From Candidatus Poribacteria bacterium (GTDB taxonomy: Bacteria; Poribacteria; WGA-4E; WGA-3G): a stretch of 64,000 bases of DNA. The position numbers and the translations under genes are program-made. How positions within the stretch are numbered: the first letter of the stretch is position 1; every line of letters starts with the position of its first letter. The stretch is from positions 1 through 64,000 of the forward strand of contig CBDANF010000002.1 of assembly GCA_965197475.1 (NCBI GenBank). The letters are read 5' to 3'. The notes below the pieces were generated by a model. That model ran no database searches. It saw nothing but the letters and a program-made list of their open reading frames with translations, and had not been told where the DNA came from. This document shows positions 48,570-58,741 of this stretch, in pieces.

Positions 48570-51134
48570 CTATAGTCTTGGATCAACTGTTTCACTTTCA
48601 AGTGCTAAAACGCCGAAAACACATTCATGAACTTTGGACAACGGTTCACGATGCACAAACCGTTCAAGTGCCTCTACACCTAATACAAATTCTCGGATTG
48701 CAAGCGAACGTTTGTGAGACAATCCTCTGGATCGGAGACGTTCTAAATTGTGGGGTAATGTATATTCGGGCCCGTAAATTATACGGAGGTATTCTCTTCC
48801 TCGACACTTAACAGCAGGTTGAACCAGTCCGCGTTTACCTTTAACAGCAAAGTCCAACGGTTTGATGACAATGCCTTCACCCCCTTGTGCGGTAAGTTCT
48901 TCCCATTGACAGATTGCTTTAGTTTCACTATCTTGGTCAGTTAGATCAACCGTGCCATAAGAAGTTGCAAACAATAACTCATTTTCAGAACTGTCACAAA
49001 GTTTGGAAAGCATTTCTATATGCCAAAGATGGTTCTTATCAATATGCACTGTTCCTTCGGTCGCCAACAGATGGAACGGAGCGAGTTTCAGGTCTGCGAT
49101 AGATTGCACGTTCCAACAATACCGCTGATATGCTTTGACGTATTCGCTAACTACAATAGTGCGTTGCTGATAACCTTCCAATATATCATTCACTTGAACA
49201 CCCCTTTTCTCTGCGGCTTCTAACGAAGCAACCACATCTTCAATGGCAACACGTGCGGATGCCCCAACCGGCGCGTACTGTTGCTGCAATAACGCTTGCG
49301 CTTTTACAGACCATGGCATTAACTCACAATCAAGACAGAGCCAATCCGTGTTCAAGGTTTCCCAATATCCAGCCTTATCTACTGCTTGTTTCACTTGTGT
49401 TAGCAGTTCATTTTCCATCAAGGCATCGTCAAAAAAAGGTCTGCCGGTCCGTGTGTAACACACGCCAAGTGTATCGTCCGAGATGCCAAAACGCTTCTTT
49501 GTAGTTTCAGAGGTTTGGCATACAATCACAACGGCACGAGACCCCATGTGTTTCTCCTGCCAGACGACTTGGGATATACCCTGATTCCGATAATAAGCAA
49601 AGCCTTCAACTGGATGTTCAAGTAGGTTTGGAATTTTAGTAGTTTCGGTTGGAGACATCGTCGGAGGTAGATAGATGAGCCATTTTGGGTCTACTGCAAA
49701 ACGACTGATAACCTCAAGCGCGGTGATGGTGTTCTCCTCACGAATTGTTACGTTGTGATTTAACCCGGTGCTAATCACACGTCTACCTAATACATCATTA
49801 ATGTCTAAGATTCCTTCATCAGGTTGTATTTCTAATGAAGTCTGTTTATCCGTTTTTTCAAGGAGCGGTTTCGCTGGTTCATAATAGGTCTTGTGAGCGG
49901 GGACAGAGACGAGTTTTTTTTCAGGATACCGCAATGCTGTCAGATTACCACCGAAAACGCACCCTGTGTCAATGTTGATTGTGCGATTTATCCATTGCGG
50001 TTCCGCAACCGGAGTATGTCCGTAAACAACAGTAGCACCGCCCCGGTATTCTTCCGCCCAATTAAGGCGAATAGGTAATCCGAATTCATCCGTCTCCCCG
50101 GTGGTTTCGCCGTAAAGCGCGAATTCTCGGACGCGTCCGGATGCCCTTCCTTGAAATTCCGCCTTCATTCCAGCATGGGCAATGACAAGTTTACCATTGT
50201 CGAAAACATAGTGGCTCACTAAACCCTCAATAAATTCCGTTATATCTGTCTTAAATTCTGGCGATTCATTTTCTAATTGGGATAGCGATTCTGCTAAACC
50301 GTGCGTCGGATTAACATTTTTGCCGCGAAGCGCACGGGCAAGTTTGGCATCATGATTCCCCGGAACGCAAATTGCAATGCCTGTCTTTTGCATCTGCATG
50401 ATCAATCTTAGCACTTCAACAACCTTTGGACCTCGGTCAACATAATCCCCTACGAAAATAACCTTTCTACCATGCAGAGAATTAATAACATGAATTCCGT
50501 CCTCATTTGTTGCTATTTCATATCCGAGTTTTGTGAGTAATTCAACAAGTTCATCAAAACAACCGTGTACGTCACCAATTATGTCAAATGGGCCGTGTTC
50601 TTCCATCCGATTTGTCCATAAAGGTTGGCGTTCAACTTTGACATTATCAACTTCTTCCGGGGAAGACATTACATAAACGAAATTCCGAAAACCTTCGCGC
50701 TTAAGGGCACGTAGTGATCTACGGAGTTGGCTGGTCTGCCTACGAACAACATGCTGTCCAAAATCTCGGTCAGGACGAGATTCGTTTCTTTCGTGACAGA
50801 GTTTTGGCGAAATGTTTAGGACAATGGCAGCAGTTAGATAGTGATATTCGCGAGCCAGTACATGCAGCGATTTCCGCGCATCAGGTTGAACATTTGTCGC
50901 ATCAATCACTGTCAATTTCCCAGCGACGAGACGTTTCGCAGCGATATAATGTAGCACATCAAACGCATCGTTCGATGCAGATTGATCGTTTTCGTCATCC
51001 GAAACAAGCCCACGGCAGAAATCTGATGAGAGGATCTCAGTCGGCTTAAAATGCTTCTGAGCAAAAGTAGACTTGCCGGAACCTGAAGGTCCAATGAGAA
51101 TTACAAGTGAAGGATCAGGAATTTTGATTAGCAT
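48570..51134 (-). CDS. pnkp: Bacterial Pnkp (polynucleotide kinase-phosphatase-ligase), RNA repair
   Basis: GPSGSGKS kinase; GDVHG/GDYVDRG/GNHD phosphatase; EKHMGSR nucleotidyltransferase; C-terminal VDPRL. Confidence 0.95.
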   Translation of the reverse strand: MLIKIPDPSLVILIGPSGSGKSTFAQKHFKPTEILSSDFCRGLVSDDENDQSASNDAFDVLHYIAAKRLVAGKLTVIDATNVQPDARKSLHVLAREYHYLTAAIVLNISPKLCHERNESRPDRDFGQHVVRRQTSQLRRSLRALKREGFRNFVYVMSSPEEVDNVKVERQPLWTNRMEEHGPFDIIGDVHGCFDELVELLTKLGYEIATNEDGIHVINSLHGRKVIFVGDYVDRGPKVVEVLRLIMQMQKTGIAICVPGNHDAKLARALRGKNVNPTHGLAESLSQLENESPEFKTDITEFIEGLVSHYVFDNGKLVIAHAGMKAEFQGRASGRVREFALYGETTGETDEFGLPIRLNWAEEYRGGATVVYGHTPVAEPQWINRTINIDTGCVFGGNLTALRYPEKKLVSVPAHKTYYEPAKPLLEKTDKQTSLEIQPDEGILDINDVLGRRVISTGLNHNVTIREENTITALEVISRFAVDPKWLIYLPPTMSPTETTKIPNLLEHPVEGFAYYRNQGISQVVWQEKHMGSRAVVIVCQTSETTKKRFGISDDTLGVCYTRTGRPFFDDALMENELLTQVKQAVDKAGYWETLNTDWLCLDCELMPWSVKAQALLQQQYAPVGASARVAIEDVVASLEAAEKRGVQVNDILEGYQQRTIVVSEYVKAYQRYCWNVQSIADLKLAPFHLLATEGTVHIDKNHLWHIEMLSKLCDSSENELLFATSYGTVDLTDQDSETKAICQWEELTAQGGEGIVIKPLDFAVKGKRGLVQPAVKCRGREYLRIIYGPEYTLPHNLERLRSRGLSHKRSLAIREFVLGVEALERFVHREPLSKVHECVFGVLALESETVDPRL

Positions 51135-51243
51135 TTCTTCTAAAAATCATCCCAAATACGTTTATCTGACCAATGTAGCAAATATTTTTCAGAACCATTC
51201 AATTCTCGCAAAACTTTCTTGTAGGAGGGGTTTCTAACCCCGA

Positions 51244-52644
51244 TTATCCCACACTTTCACGGGTAAACACTGCCATCTGAGTCGGTGTACCAACGTCTTC
51301 CTCTGTTTCTCCGATTGGATGGAACACAACAGTATAACCGAAACGTTTGGAGATATCTGATGCCCACGACTGAAATTCAGACCGTGTCCATTCAAATCGG
51401 TGATCTTTGTGTCGAAATCTGCCTGCTGGCAGATTCTCAAACTTAACGTTATATTCTACGTTCGGCGTTGTCAATACAACCGTTTGAGGACAGGCATACT
51501 CAAATAGAACCCTTTCAAAAGCCAAAAGTCGAGGTGAATCTAAATGTTCAATAACCTCTATTACAGCTGCAGCATCGTATCCAGCCAGGCGGCGATCTCG
51601 ATAGCAGAGCGATCCTTGGAAAAGTTGAAGCCGTTCTTTCTGCTTATCTGGCAATCGATCATAATGCAGTCGCTGATAGGCAATTTTCAGTGATTGATGT
51701 GAAACATCCATCCCAACAATTTCTTCAAACTGCTTTTCTGCCATCAATTTGCGAAGGAGTTTTCCTTCACCACACCCTAAATCCAGAATACGTTTTGCTC
51801 CAGATTCTTTGATAACTTCTGTCGCCTGAGTCAAACGAATTTCGTTCAGACCAATACGTTCTTCAATCTGCGCTCCGTCTTGTGTATTCGTCTCTTCATC
51901 AACATCATCTGTTTCACCCAATTGGAAAAGTGCTTGATGGGTAAGCCTGCGTTGATGTTTTAGATAACGACTAACAATTGATTCCCGTTCTGGATGATCG
52001 GAAAGCCAATCATCACCGTGTCTTAACAGTTTTTCTATCTCTGCTTCGTCAACCCAATAGTGTTTTTCATCGTCAAGTACGGGAATTAAAACATAAAGGT
52101 GTGTTAAGAGTTCGCTCAAACGGCAATTATTTTCAAAGGTGACGCTAAAATAACGACTCTCACCCCAATCTGGGAACTGTACGTCTAATCCGTGTCGTTT
52201 GACGTTTACAGTATACCCAAGCGGCTCAAAAAGCCGTCTCAACAGTCTTTCGCCGCCCCTACACGGTAACGTAGACAACTTTGCAGATAAAGGTATAGGT
52301 GTTTCTGCAAGTTCAGGACATTCTTTGCTTCTGCCTGACATTGCACTGCTGAATACCTTGGCGATTGCTACGCTCATAAATGAGGATGCAACATAAGGAC
52401 GGTCATTGACGTATTCAGCTAAGACGAAGTTTTGGTGAATCTGTCCTTGATGTCGGCGCACAAGACCAACGGGATCAATTTCAAGTAGTAGGGCTACGGT
52501 GCATCTCTCAGCACGCGCCTCCGGATAAAAGACGTGGGCTTTTCCGAAGGCAATCTCAAAGGATTGAAGACGCTCAGGGTGTTTATGCAACAGAAATCCA
52601 AGGTCTGTCGCAGGAGAATATGTTGTCGTTATTGTCAAAAGCAT
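51244..52644 (-). CDS. hen1: Hen1 3'-terminal RNA ribose 2'-O-methyltransferase
   Basis: N-terminal MLLTITTT..PATDLGFLLHKHP, YVNDRPY; LDLGCGEG, EVIEHL, TTPN.EYN, RHKDHRFEW. Confidence 0.95.
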   Translation of the reverse strand: MLLTITTTYSPATDLGFLLHKHPERLQSFEIAFGKAHVFYPEARAERCTVALLLEIDPVGLVRRHQGQIHQNFVLAEYVNDRPYVASSFMSVAIAKVFSSAMSGRSKECPELAETPIPLSAKLSTLPCRGGERLLRRLFEPLGYTVNVKRHGLDVQFPDWGESRYFSVTFENNCRLSELLTHLYVLIPVLDDEKHYWVDEAEIEKLLRHGDDWLSDHPERESIVSRYLKHQRRLTHQALFQLGETDDVDEETNTQDGAQIEERIGLNEIRLTQATEVIKESGAKRILDLGCGEGKLLRKLMAEKQFEEIVGMDVSHQSLKIAYQRLHYDRLPDKQKERLQLFQGSLCYRDRRLAGYDAAAVIEVIEHLDSPRLLAFERVLFEYACPQTVVLTTPNVEYNVKFENLPAGRFRHKDHRFEWTRSEFQSWASDISKRFGYTVVFHPIGETEEDVGTPTQMAVFTRESVG

Positions 52645-52782
52645 TACTGACAGATTTTATGGGTTGATCTGGTAGCAGATTCAAAATTATGTTGTATTCC
52701 CCGATCGTGTATCCGCAAGTAGATATTCAAATGCCGCACAAGCATCGGGAGATAGAGAAATTAAATTACATCAGCGTTCATT

Positions 52783-52811
52783 ATTATATCTTCTTTTCTA
52801 CTTTCTGTCAA
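52783..52811 (-). promoter_or_regulatory. Consensus sigma70 promoter of hen1-pnkp
   Basis: Minus strand TTGACA(52811-52806), 17 bp, TATAAT(52788-52783). Confidence 0.8.
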
Positions 52812-52906
52812 GTTTTTTGAGAGTTCATTTGTTGTTTGGATTTGACTATATTCACTGAATGTGGTATATTAAATCAACCTGATACTGAGAGTAGAGGAAT
52901 ATAAAG

Positions 52907-54361
52907 ATGTATACCCCACAATATCCCGGTCCCAACCTTGATCTGCTGGAAGCGCAAGCGAGAGTTTGCACCGGTCCACACCAAACGCGTCCCTTAGGCA
53001 AGAAAGCCTCCGATGGACCGCAACCTGATGCTATCCTCAAAACCATTCTAAAGTCCTTGAAAGGTGAGTTAGCGGAAACAGAGGCGGTTTCAGAAGCACA
53101 GATGGGATCGTTCTTTGTAGCGATGACGCTCCGAAAGTATTTTCCTGAAGCAACGCAGTGGTCTCAAGCTGAGAAAGCAGCATTTCAGAAATACCGACCC
53201 ACATTACTGCCACGTTTGCCGAATGAGATACAATTTCTTGTAAACCCTGAACTTGGATTTGTTCCGACAAATAAGACAGAAGCCATTGTTGTCACGGCTT
53301 TGGAAAAGATATTAAGGGCAAAACATTTAAGTTATACTGAAACGCGTCAGATGTGTGAGGCAATCCTTACTGATGATGTTAAACCTGCCCTCAAAGGTGC
53401 TGCACTTATTGGACAACGCATGAATCGAGAAACCTACGAGGAGGTGCGCGGATATCTTGATGCCTATTTCGGACCGGAACAGGTACGTCCAATTGATGTA
53501 GATAGTCTCACCCATTTTGGGCAACCTTACGATGGCGCAACACGCTATTTTCGTCCAACGTTATTTGTTGCAGCAGTTCGAGCAGCGTTGGGAGAACCCT
53601 CGCTTCTTCATAGTGTTGATATGATGCCGCCGAAAAATGGTGTAACCGAAGAGGCGATTTTGCAAGCACTCGGCGCAAAAACTGACCTATCTCTTGAACA
53701 GACTGCCGCACTCATTACGAATAAATCGGTTGGATTTGGATACATCAGCCAGCGCGAGTATTCGCCTGGGGCTTATGGTATACGGGAGTTGCGGGTGCAT
53801 ATCAAGAAACGTCCACCGTGGGCTGCTACTGAGAAAGCACAACAGTTCTTTTCTGCGCGTCGCGCAAACTACATGGTGCTTGGCTATTATCATATCGGTT
53901 ATGAAAAGCCTTTACTTCAAATGGCGTTGGAACGTGGGTTTCAAGGGGCAGTCGCAATTAAAGGAGAGGAAGGTACGAGTCATTACGCACTCCGCCTTGG
54001 AAAACCTTCTACTCCCGATAGGATGGCAGTGAATTATTCTCAAGGATTCAGATACGTTAATGGGAAACGTGAAGATTTTGCTTTGGACATTGATCCGAAA
54101 ACTTATGGATTTGAGTATGCGCTGAATCCGCGTCCTGACACCGTTAGCGCGGATGCCTTCGCTGAAGCAGGAATAGCAGCATTATCCGGTGAAAAAGGGC
54201 ATATTTACGATAGAATTCTGCTCAATACGGCAATGGTGGATTATCTGTTAGGAATTTGTCCTGATCCGCATCATGCTATCAAGCGCGCAAAGTGGGCAAT
54301 GGATGATGGTAGTGCTTTGAGACATTTGCAGGCGTATATGACTGCAAGTCAGGAATTTTAA
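52907..54361 (+). CDS. Anthranilate phosphoribosyltransferase-like (TrpD/YbiB-like) protein
   Basis: AQMGSF, QRMNRET, GQPYDG..R, MPPKNGVT, LRVHIKKRP..AT.EK, KGEEG. Confidence 0.75.
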   Translation: MYTPQYPGPNLDLLEAQARVCTGPHQTRPLGKKASDGPQPDAILKTILKSLKGELAETEAVSEAQMGSFFVAMTLRKYFPEATQWSQAEKAAFQKYRPTLLPRLPNEIQFLVNPELGFVPTNKTEAIVVTALEKILRAKHLSYTETRQMCEAILTDDVKPALKGAALIGQRMNRETYEEVRGYLDAYFGPEQVRPIDVDSLTHFGQPYDGATRYFRPTLFVAAVRAALGEPSLLHSVDMMPPKNGVTEEAILQALGAKTDLSLEQTAALITNKSVGFGYISQREYSPGAYGIRELRVHIKKRPPWAATEKAQQFFSARRANYMVLGYYHIGYEKPLLQMALERGFQGAVAIKGEEGTSHYALRLGKPSTPDRMAVNYSQGFRYVNGKREDFALDIDPKTYGFEYALNPRPDTVSADAFAEAGIAALSGEKGHIYDRILLNTAMVDYLLGICPDPHHAIKRAKWAMDDGSALRHLQAYMTASQEF

Positions 54362-54493
54362 CAATTGGTATGAAAATACATCAAGAAGTGAATTACAACC
54401 ACCGATCAATCTACTAACTCAACATAAATTTACGCAATAAGTAGTTTTGGGATTTTGCATTTTTCAAAATATTTTGCAAATTTCAAATTGCAA

Positions 54494-54547
54494 TTAATCA
54501 TAACAAAATTGCAATAAAATTAATTAATGCAATTTTGTTATGATTAA
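54494..54547. repeat. Perfect 20-bp AT-rich inverted repeat between convergent genes (possible bidirectional terminator)
   Basis: ttaatcataacaaaattgca(54494-54513) / tgcaattttgttatgattaa(54528-54547). Confidence 0.7.
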
Positions 54548-54548
54548 A

Positions 54549-54769
54549 CCTACACTCCGCACTTCTGATTCCGATTTTCGGTATTTATTTCTCAAACCTG
54601 CGTGGTCCCTACATTGAGTAAGCAATTTTAGGTGAACCGGAAAAAAGACAAGTGGAAAATGGACTCTTAATTCACAACTCCAAATCTTCCCTATCCTGTG
54701 CAAATCCTTTCGTAACGCGGGTTTGTCGTAAAAATACCAAAATGTGTCAAAACAAGTGCGGAGTGTAGG
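54549..54769. mobile_element. MITE, 221 bp (ends resemble IS1634 family)
   Basis: 16-bp IR CCTACACTCCGCACTT / AAGTGCGGAGTGTAGG; 6-bp TSD ATTAAA (54543-54548, 54770-54775). Confidence 0.85.
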
Positions 54770-54787
54770 ATTAAATTATTATTGATT

Positions 54788-55450
54788 TTATTCAAAGATA
54801 CTGATTAGACGACCTATATAAAAACCCGCTATTGTATCAGATTTATCTTCTAAAGTCATACAAGGATTGTCTAATTCACCTTTTCCAGTTATTTCTATAA
54901 TCACTTCAAAATTATACTCCGTTAGAAGCGTTCCAAAAGTAGTATGTTTGATCACATTACTATCAATTGACGGATCTAAATAAATGCGAACTTTAAAAGG
55001 GTCTTCAAAATAAGGTCCGTCTTCAGAATTTTCGTTACCTATCCAAAACTCATTCATCCACTCATCGGCTCGTATTCTGCCGTGAAAATAAATATACTTA
55101 CCATCAGCAGGACAAATAAGAGCTTCACCTACAACCATTTTATATTTACCAGAACTTAACTCGTATTTTCCATCAATTAATTTTCCGCCTGGATAATATT
55201 TTTCATCAATTAATTTTCCGCTTGGATCGTATTTTCCATCAATCAATTTTCCACTTGTTGTTATTGCTGGTAATTCTATATCAGGATATGGTATAGTTTC
55301 TAATTCTATACCTTTATTTTCCAAATCTAATTCAGGATTGCCAACTATACTGTCTGTACTATCTTGATTACAGGATACAACCATTAAAAACGATGTAAAA
55401 ACTAAAATACAATTTATAGTTCGGAAACCTATAAGTCTAATCCTTTTCAT
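54788..55450 (-). CDS. Low-GC lipoprotein of unknown function with internal 11-aa repeats
   Basis: GAGG RBS, start MKRIRL at 55450, lipobox VVSC. Confidence 0.7.
   Translation of the reverse strand: MKRIRLIGFRTINCILVFTSFLMVVSCNQDSTDSIVGNPELDLENKGIELETIPYPDIELPAITTSGKLIDGKYDPSGKLIDEKYYPGGKLIDGKYELSSGKYKMVVGEALICPADGKYIYFHGRIRADEWMNEFWIGNENSEDGPYFEDPFKVRIYLDPSIDSNVIKHTTFGTLLTEYNFEVIIEITGKGELDNPCMTLEDKSDTIAGFYIGRLISIFE
55161..55257 (-). repeat. 33-bp tandem repeat, about 3 copies (GKLIDGKYxPx)
   Basis: Units start at 55161, 55194, 55227. Confidence 0.85.
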
Positions 55451-55538
55451 TTTATATTCCTCTTTATAGATGTGAGGAATAGCTGCCATCCCTTGAACAA
55501 AGAAATATATCTTATTTAGTTTAATTCGTCAATATTAC

Positions 55539-56584
55539 AATAGACATTATAACTAATTAGTTGTCCGTTTGGTTAGTCTCTATTATACTTATTACAATCG
55601 GACAATAGGAGGCTAACTCATGATAAGTTTTCAAGAACTAAGGGACAAACCTGATACGCTCCTGTCCCTCACCGGATATACCTTAGAAGATTGGACTGAA
55701 CTATCACCTTATTTTACTAAATGTTTTTTAGAGTATGTTCAAACACATACCCTTGAAGGAAAACCGCGCAAAAAACGGAGATATAAACCGTATAAAAATA
55801 GTCGTTTTGATACACCTGAAGATATGTTGCTATTTATACTGATTTACCTTCGTGAAGCACCGAAACAAGTGCTATTCGGTGCGCTCTTTGGCATGTCTCA
55901 ACCTCTTGCTAATAGATGGATTCACTTGCTTTTATCAATATTGAACAAAGCATTAGCAAAACTTGGAGAGTTGCCATCTCGGGAAACAGACCCCGCCCCT
56001 ATATGTGCTCCATCAAAAGTATCAACTCAAAATCAAGAAGGAGAACATTTTTTTCATGATAGCACCGAACGCCCGATACGATGCCCCAAAGACCCACAAA
56101 CTCAAAAGGGTTATTATAGTGGTAAAAAGAAATGTCATACAGTGAAAAATAATCTGATTATCAATGAGACCTGCAAAGTTGTCCTATTGACACCTTCTTT
56201 GAAGGGAGATATCATGACAAACACATAGCCGATATGGTGGGCTATTGTGTGCCACAGGGTAGCACATTGTCCCAAGATACCGGTTTTCAGGGTTTCGTTC
56301 TCCCGGATATAAACATCATTCAACCGAAGAAAAAACCGAGAGGTAGAGAACGGACGAATGAAGAAAAAGAAAACAATAGAAAGATAGCGTCTATACGCAT
56401 ACGCGTTGAACATGCGATTAGTGGTGTCAAAAGATGCCGCATTGTCAAAGATAAACTCAGGAATTGGAAGAAAGGGTTTTGTGATTTAGTTATGGAAACC
56501 TATTATGGTTTACACAATTTTCGCCTAAACTTCAGACCCTGGCGTTATGAAACTCCTGTTATTTAAATCATTATAATGTCTATT
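55539..56584 (+). mobile_element. IS5-family (ISL2/IS702-like) insertion sequence
   Basis: 14-bp IR AATAGACATTATAA(55539-55552)/TTATAATGTCTATT(56571-56584), possibly including a TA duplication. Confidence 0.8.
55620..56566 (+). pseudogene. DDE_Tnp_4-type transposase with frameshift at about 56198-56200
   Basis: HTH (LFGMSQ), DSTERP, YYSGKKK.HT.K; then in the shifted frame EGRYHDK, DTGFQG, RIRVEHAI. Confidence 0.85.
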
Positions 56585-56689
56585 ATCCCAAATATTGTTA
56601 TGGGTTATGTTTTGAGCAAAAAGCACCGTAACACAAATGACTGTTGTTAAAATAAGTGACATGATCGTATAATCTACTATCCTTTTCAT
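56583..56689 (-). pseudogene. 5' stub of a secreted-protein gene cut by the IS
   Basis: ATG overlapping the previous stop; MKRIVDYTIMSLILTTVICVTVLFAQNITHNNIWDN runs into the IS end; same position as 58728 in the other copy. Confidence 0.55.
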
Positions 56690-57504
56690 GGGTTTACCTC
56701 CTCAGGTTTTTGTAAATCTAAAAATTTGTAGGGGTCAATACCCTCATCAAAACTTAAAATTTCTAAGTAAGAAGGAATCTCTGTTATTGTTTCTGGCCTC
56801 TCTTCTCCTCTACTTAGACTTAAAAGATCATTAGTCATAGCGTCAAATTGATCTTCTATGGAAGGAAAATCATCAGGATGACCAAGATACCGAGTTGCTT
56901 CTCTTACCATAGTACCATCTGAACTAACTACTTCACGATATTTGACATAGACCTTTCCTTGAATAATTGGATAAACCAACCCATTGTCACCAAAACTAAT
57001 ACCTCTAACGCGTTCACCCTGTTTCCACAATTTAATCCAAACACGCATGAGTAATTCATGGCCTTCTGAGAAACCTTTAAAAGAGAATTTTCCAGCGGGA
57101 AAATCTTCAGGAATCTCAGGATAAGGACCAAACCCGTAAGGAGAAACACGTACCTTGCGCGTCTTTGTTTTAGACGAGGCAGCATTATTCACTGCACCAC
57201 TGGTTTTAGTCTTTTCAGAACCAGTGTTTGACTCTTCAGTGGTATCTTCGTTGACGAATGCCGTTTCTACATTTTCATCCCACTCGTCCTGAACGATTTC
57301 TCCGGTAGGGGTAGTTCGTTTCATTACTGCTTCTGTACCGTTTTTTTCATCTTCCAGTTGAGCAATGAATGCCTCATGTGCTTCTGTCTCCTTTTGGATC
57401 TTTGCCATTTCATTTTGATACCAGAGCAAACATCCGATGGAGCAGATAACACACAAGATGAAAGCCCCGAGGAACCACTTGTTAACTAAAACATCCCGGT
57501 ACAT
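56686..57504 (-). CDS. Membrane-anchored protein of unknown function, allele 1
   Basis: N-terminal TM + coiled coil; SPYGFGPYPEIPED, ELL.RV..KLW, GIDPYKFLDL. Confidence 0.8.
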   Translation of the reverse strand: MYRDVLVNKWFLGAFILCVICSIGCLLWYQNEMAKIQKETEAHEAFIAQLEDEKNGTEAVMKRTTPTGEIVQDEWDENVETAFVNEDTTEESNTGSEKTKTSGAVNNAASSKTKTRKVRVSPYGFGPYPEIPEDFPAGKFSFKGFSEGHELLMRVWIKLWKQGERVRGISFGDNGLVYPIIQGKVYVKYREVVSSDGTMVREATRYLGHPDDFPSIEDQFDAMTNDLLSLSRGEERPETITEIPSYLEILSFDEGIDPYKFLDLQKPEEVNP

Positions 57505-57733
57505 TTTCGTTTCCTTTTATCAAATTTGCCAACAAAATTTATCTTCTATCGTCGCGCATAGTCTGCGGATTGAATAATAGAAGGAACACGCATCAAAATC
57601 AATCTTAAATGCTTTACGGCATTCAACGAGAACGATCCGATGCAACAACAAAAGCCCGCGACAATATGCCTCGTTTGAGACGAAGTACGTGCGGGCGCGA
57701 AAATATCGCAGCATATAATTCCTACGATAAGAC

Positions 57734-57762
57734 CTTATAACCTAAATTTCAGCAAATGTCAA
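57734..57762 (-). promoter_or_regulatory. Sigma70-like promoter of allele 1
   Basis: Minus strand TTGACA, 17 bp, TATAAG. Confidence 0.6.
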
Positions 57763-57851
57763 ATTTAATTTACGAAATTTCACGTTTTTTAACCATTTTT
57801 GCCAAATTATACACGCGAATTTTGTTTTTGTCAAATTAAATTCCGAAAATC

Positions 57852-58210
57852 TCACCATTCACCTTCCTTGAAGTCTTGACTTTGTAATCCGTAACTCTGC
57901 ATTCGGTGCTGCAGCTGACGGCGAGAAATACCCAACAATTCTGCCGCTTTGGTTTGATTACCGTTCGTTTTTGTTAAAGCTGCATACACATATTCCTTGA
58001 TAATATCATCCAAGGCAATGCCACCTTCAGGGATGTCAATCTCAAAATCGGTGAACGGTAGTGAAGTATCCAAAATTTCGGGAGGCAATTGATCTAAGTC
58101 AATGGATGCGTTTTCGGACAAAACATAGATACGATGTAGGTAGTTTTCCAATTGGCGCACGTTCCCGGGCCAATGAAAACGGCACAGGGCAGACATTGCG
58201 CGCGGTGTAA
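57852..58210 (-). pseudogene. Duplicated 3' fragment of the sigma54 response regulator
   Basis: Matches 59889-60247 with few, mostly synonymous, changes; identity stops abruptly at 58210. Confidence 0.88.
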
Positions 58211-58728
58211 TTCGCATCGGTACTAGACATTAAAAGAGCATAGATTGCAGCTTTCTGCTTTTCCTCTTTATCTCTTTTCCTTTCTTCTTTAGTATCTCCC
58301 TCTCCCTCTATATCTCCAATGCCTCCATCATCCCACCAGTCAAAATCAGACCTTTCTGCTTTCCTAATTATAGATCCTTCCCATGTGCCGATTTTTAAGT
58401 CAGGAGTCTGATTGATGACCCACGCATCAACTATGTAGTCACCTCCACAGGTTTCCTCTTCTCCTAATGGAGATGAACCGTTACAAGTGGATTTCGCATA
58501 AAAATCTATACCGTTCCACTCAATATCACTTTTTGTATAGGCGGTAGTATACAGTGATGGTAAACCTGTTGTGTCTGAATCGTTACCCTGCAGGTTTATG
58601 TATTTTGGCTTTATGGTTCGCTTATGCACATCCCGGTTATAATATCTGCCATTATCCGGGCCCCGCAGCGCATAAAGGGAAGTGCAGACAAAAAGTGTTA
58701 AAAGAAAATAGGATAATATACGTTTCAT
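58099..58728 (-). CDS. Secreted protein of unknown function, truncated at 58211 and fused out of frame to the regulator fragment
   Basis: GGAGG RBS, signal peptide MKRILSYFLL..LYA; last ~37 aa come from the regulator copy. Confidence 0.65.
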   Translation of the reverse strand: MKRILSYFLLTLFVCTSLYALRGPDNGRYYNRDVHKRTIKPKYINLQGNDSDTTGLPSLYTTAYTKSDIEWNGIDFYAKSTCNGSSPLGEEETCGGDYIVDAWVINQTPDLKIGTWEGSIIRKAERSDFDWWDDGGIGDIEGEGDTKEERKRDKEEKQKAAIYALLMSSTDANYTARNVCPVPFSLARERAPIGKLPTSYLCFVRKRIH

Positions 58729-58741
58729 CGTTTTACCTCCT

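Noticed and set aside
51221-51244. GTAG-type REP hairpins (also near 9766-9791, and a different hairpin at 44433-44483)
   Set aside because: Isolated short hairpins with no RAYT gene or cluster in the window; a family cannot be established
48570-52644. hen1-pnkp as a novel system
   Set aside because: Well-characterised RNA repair pair; only its leader is flagged
57852-58217. 121-aa ORF as an independent Fis-type regulator
   Set aside because: It is the duplicated 3' fragment of 59889-61283; its ATG comes from the neighbouring gene's sequence
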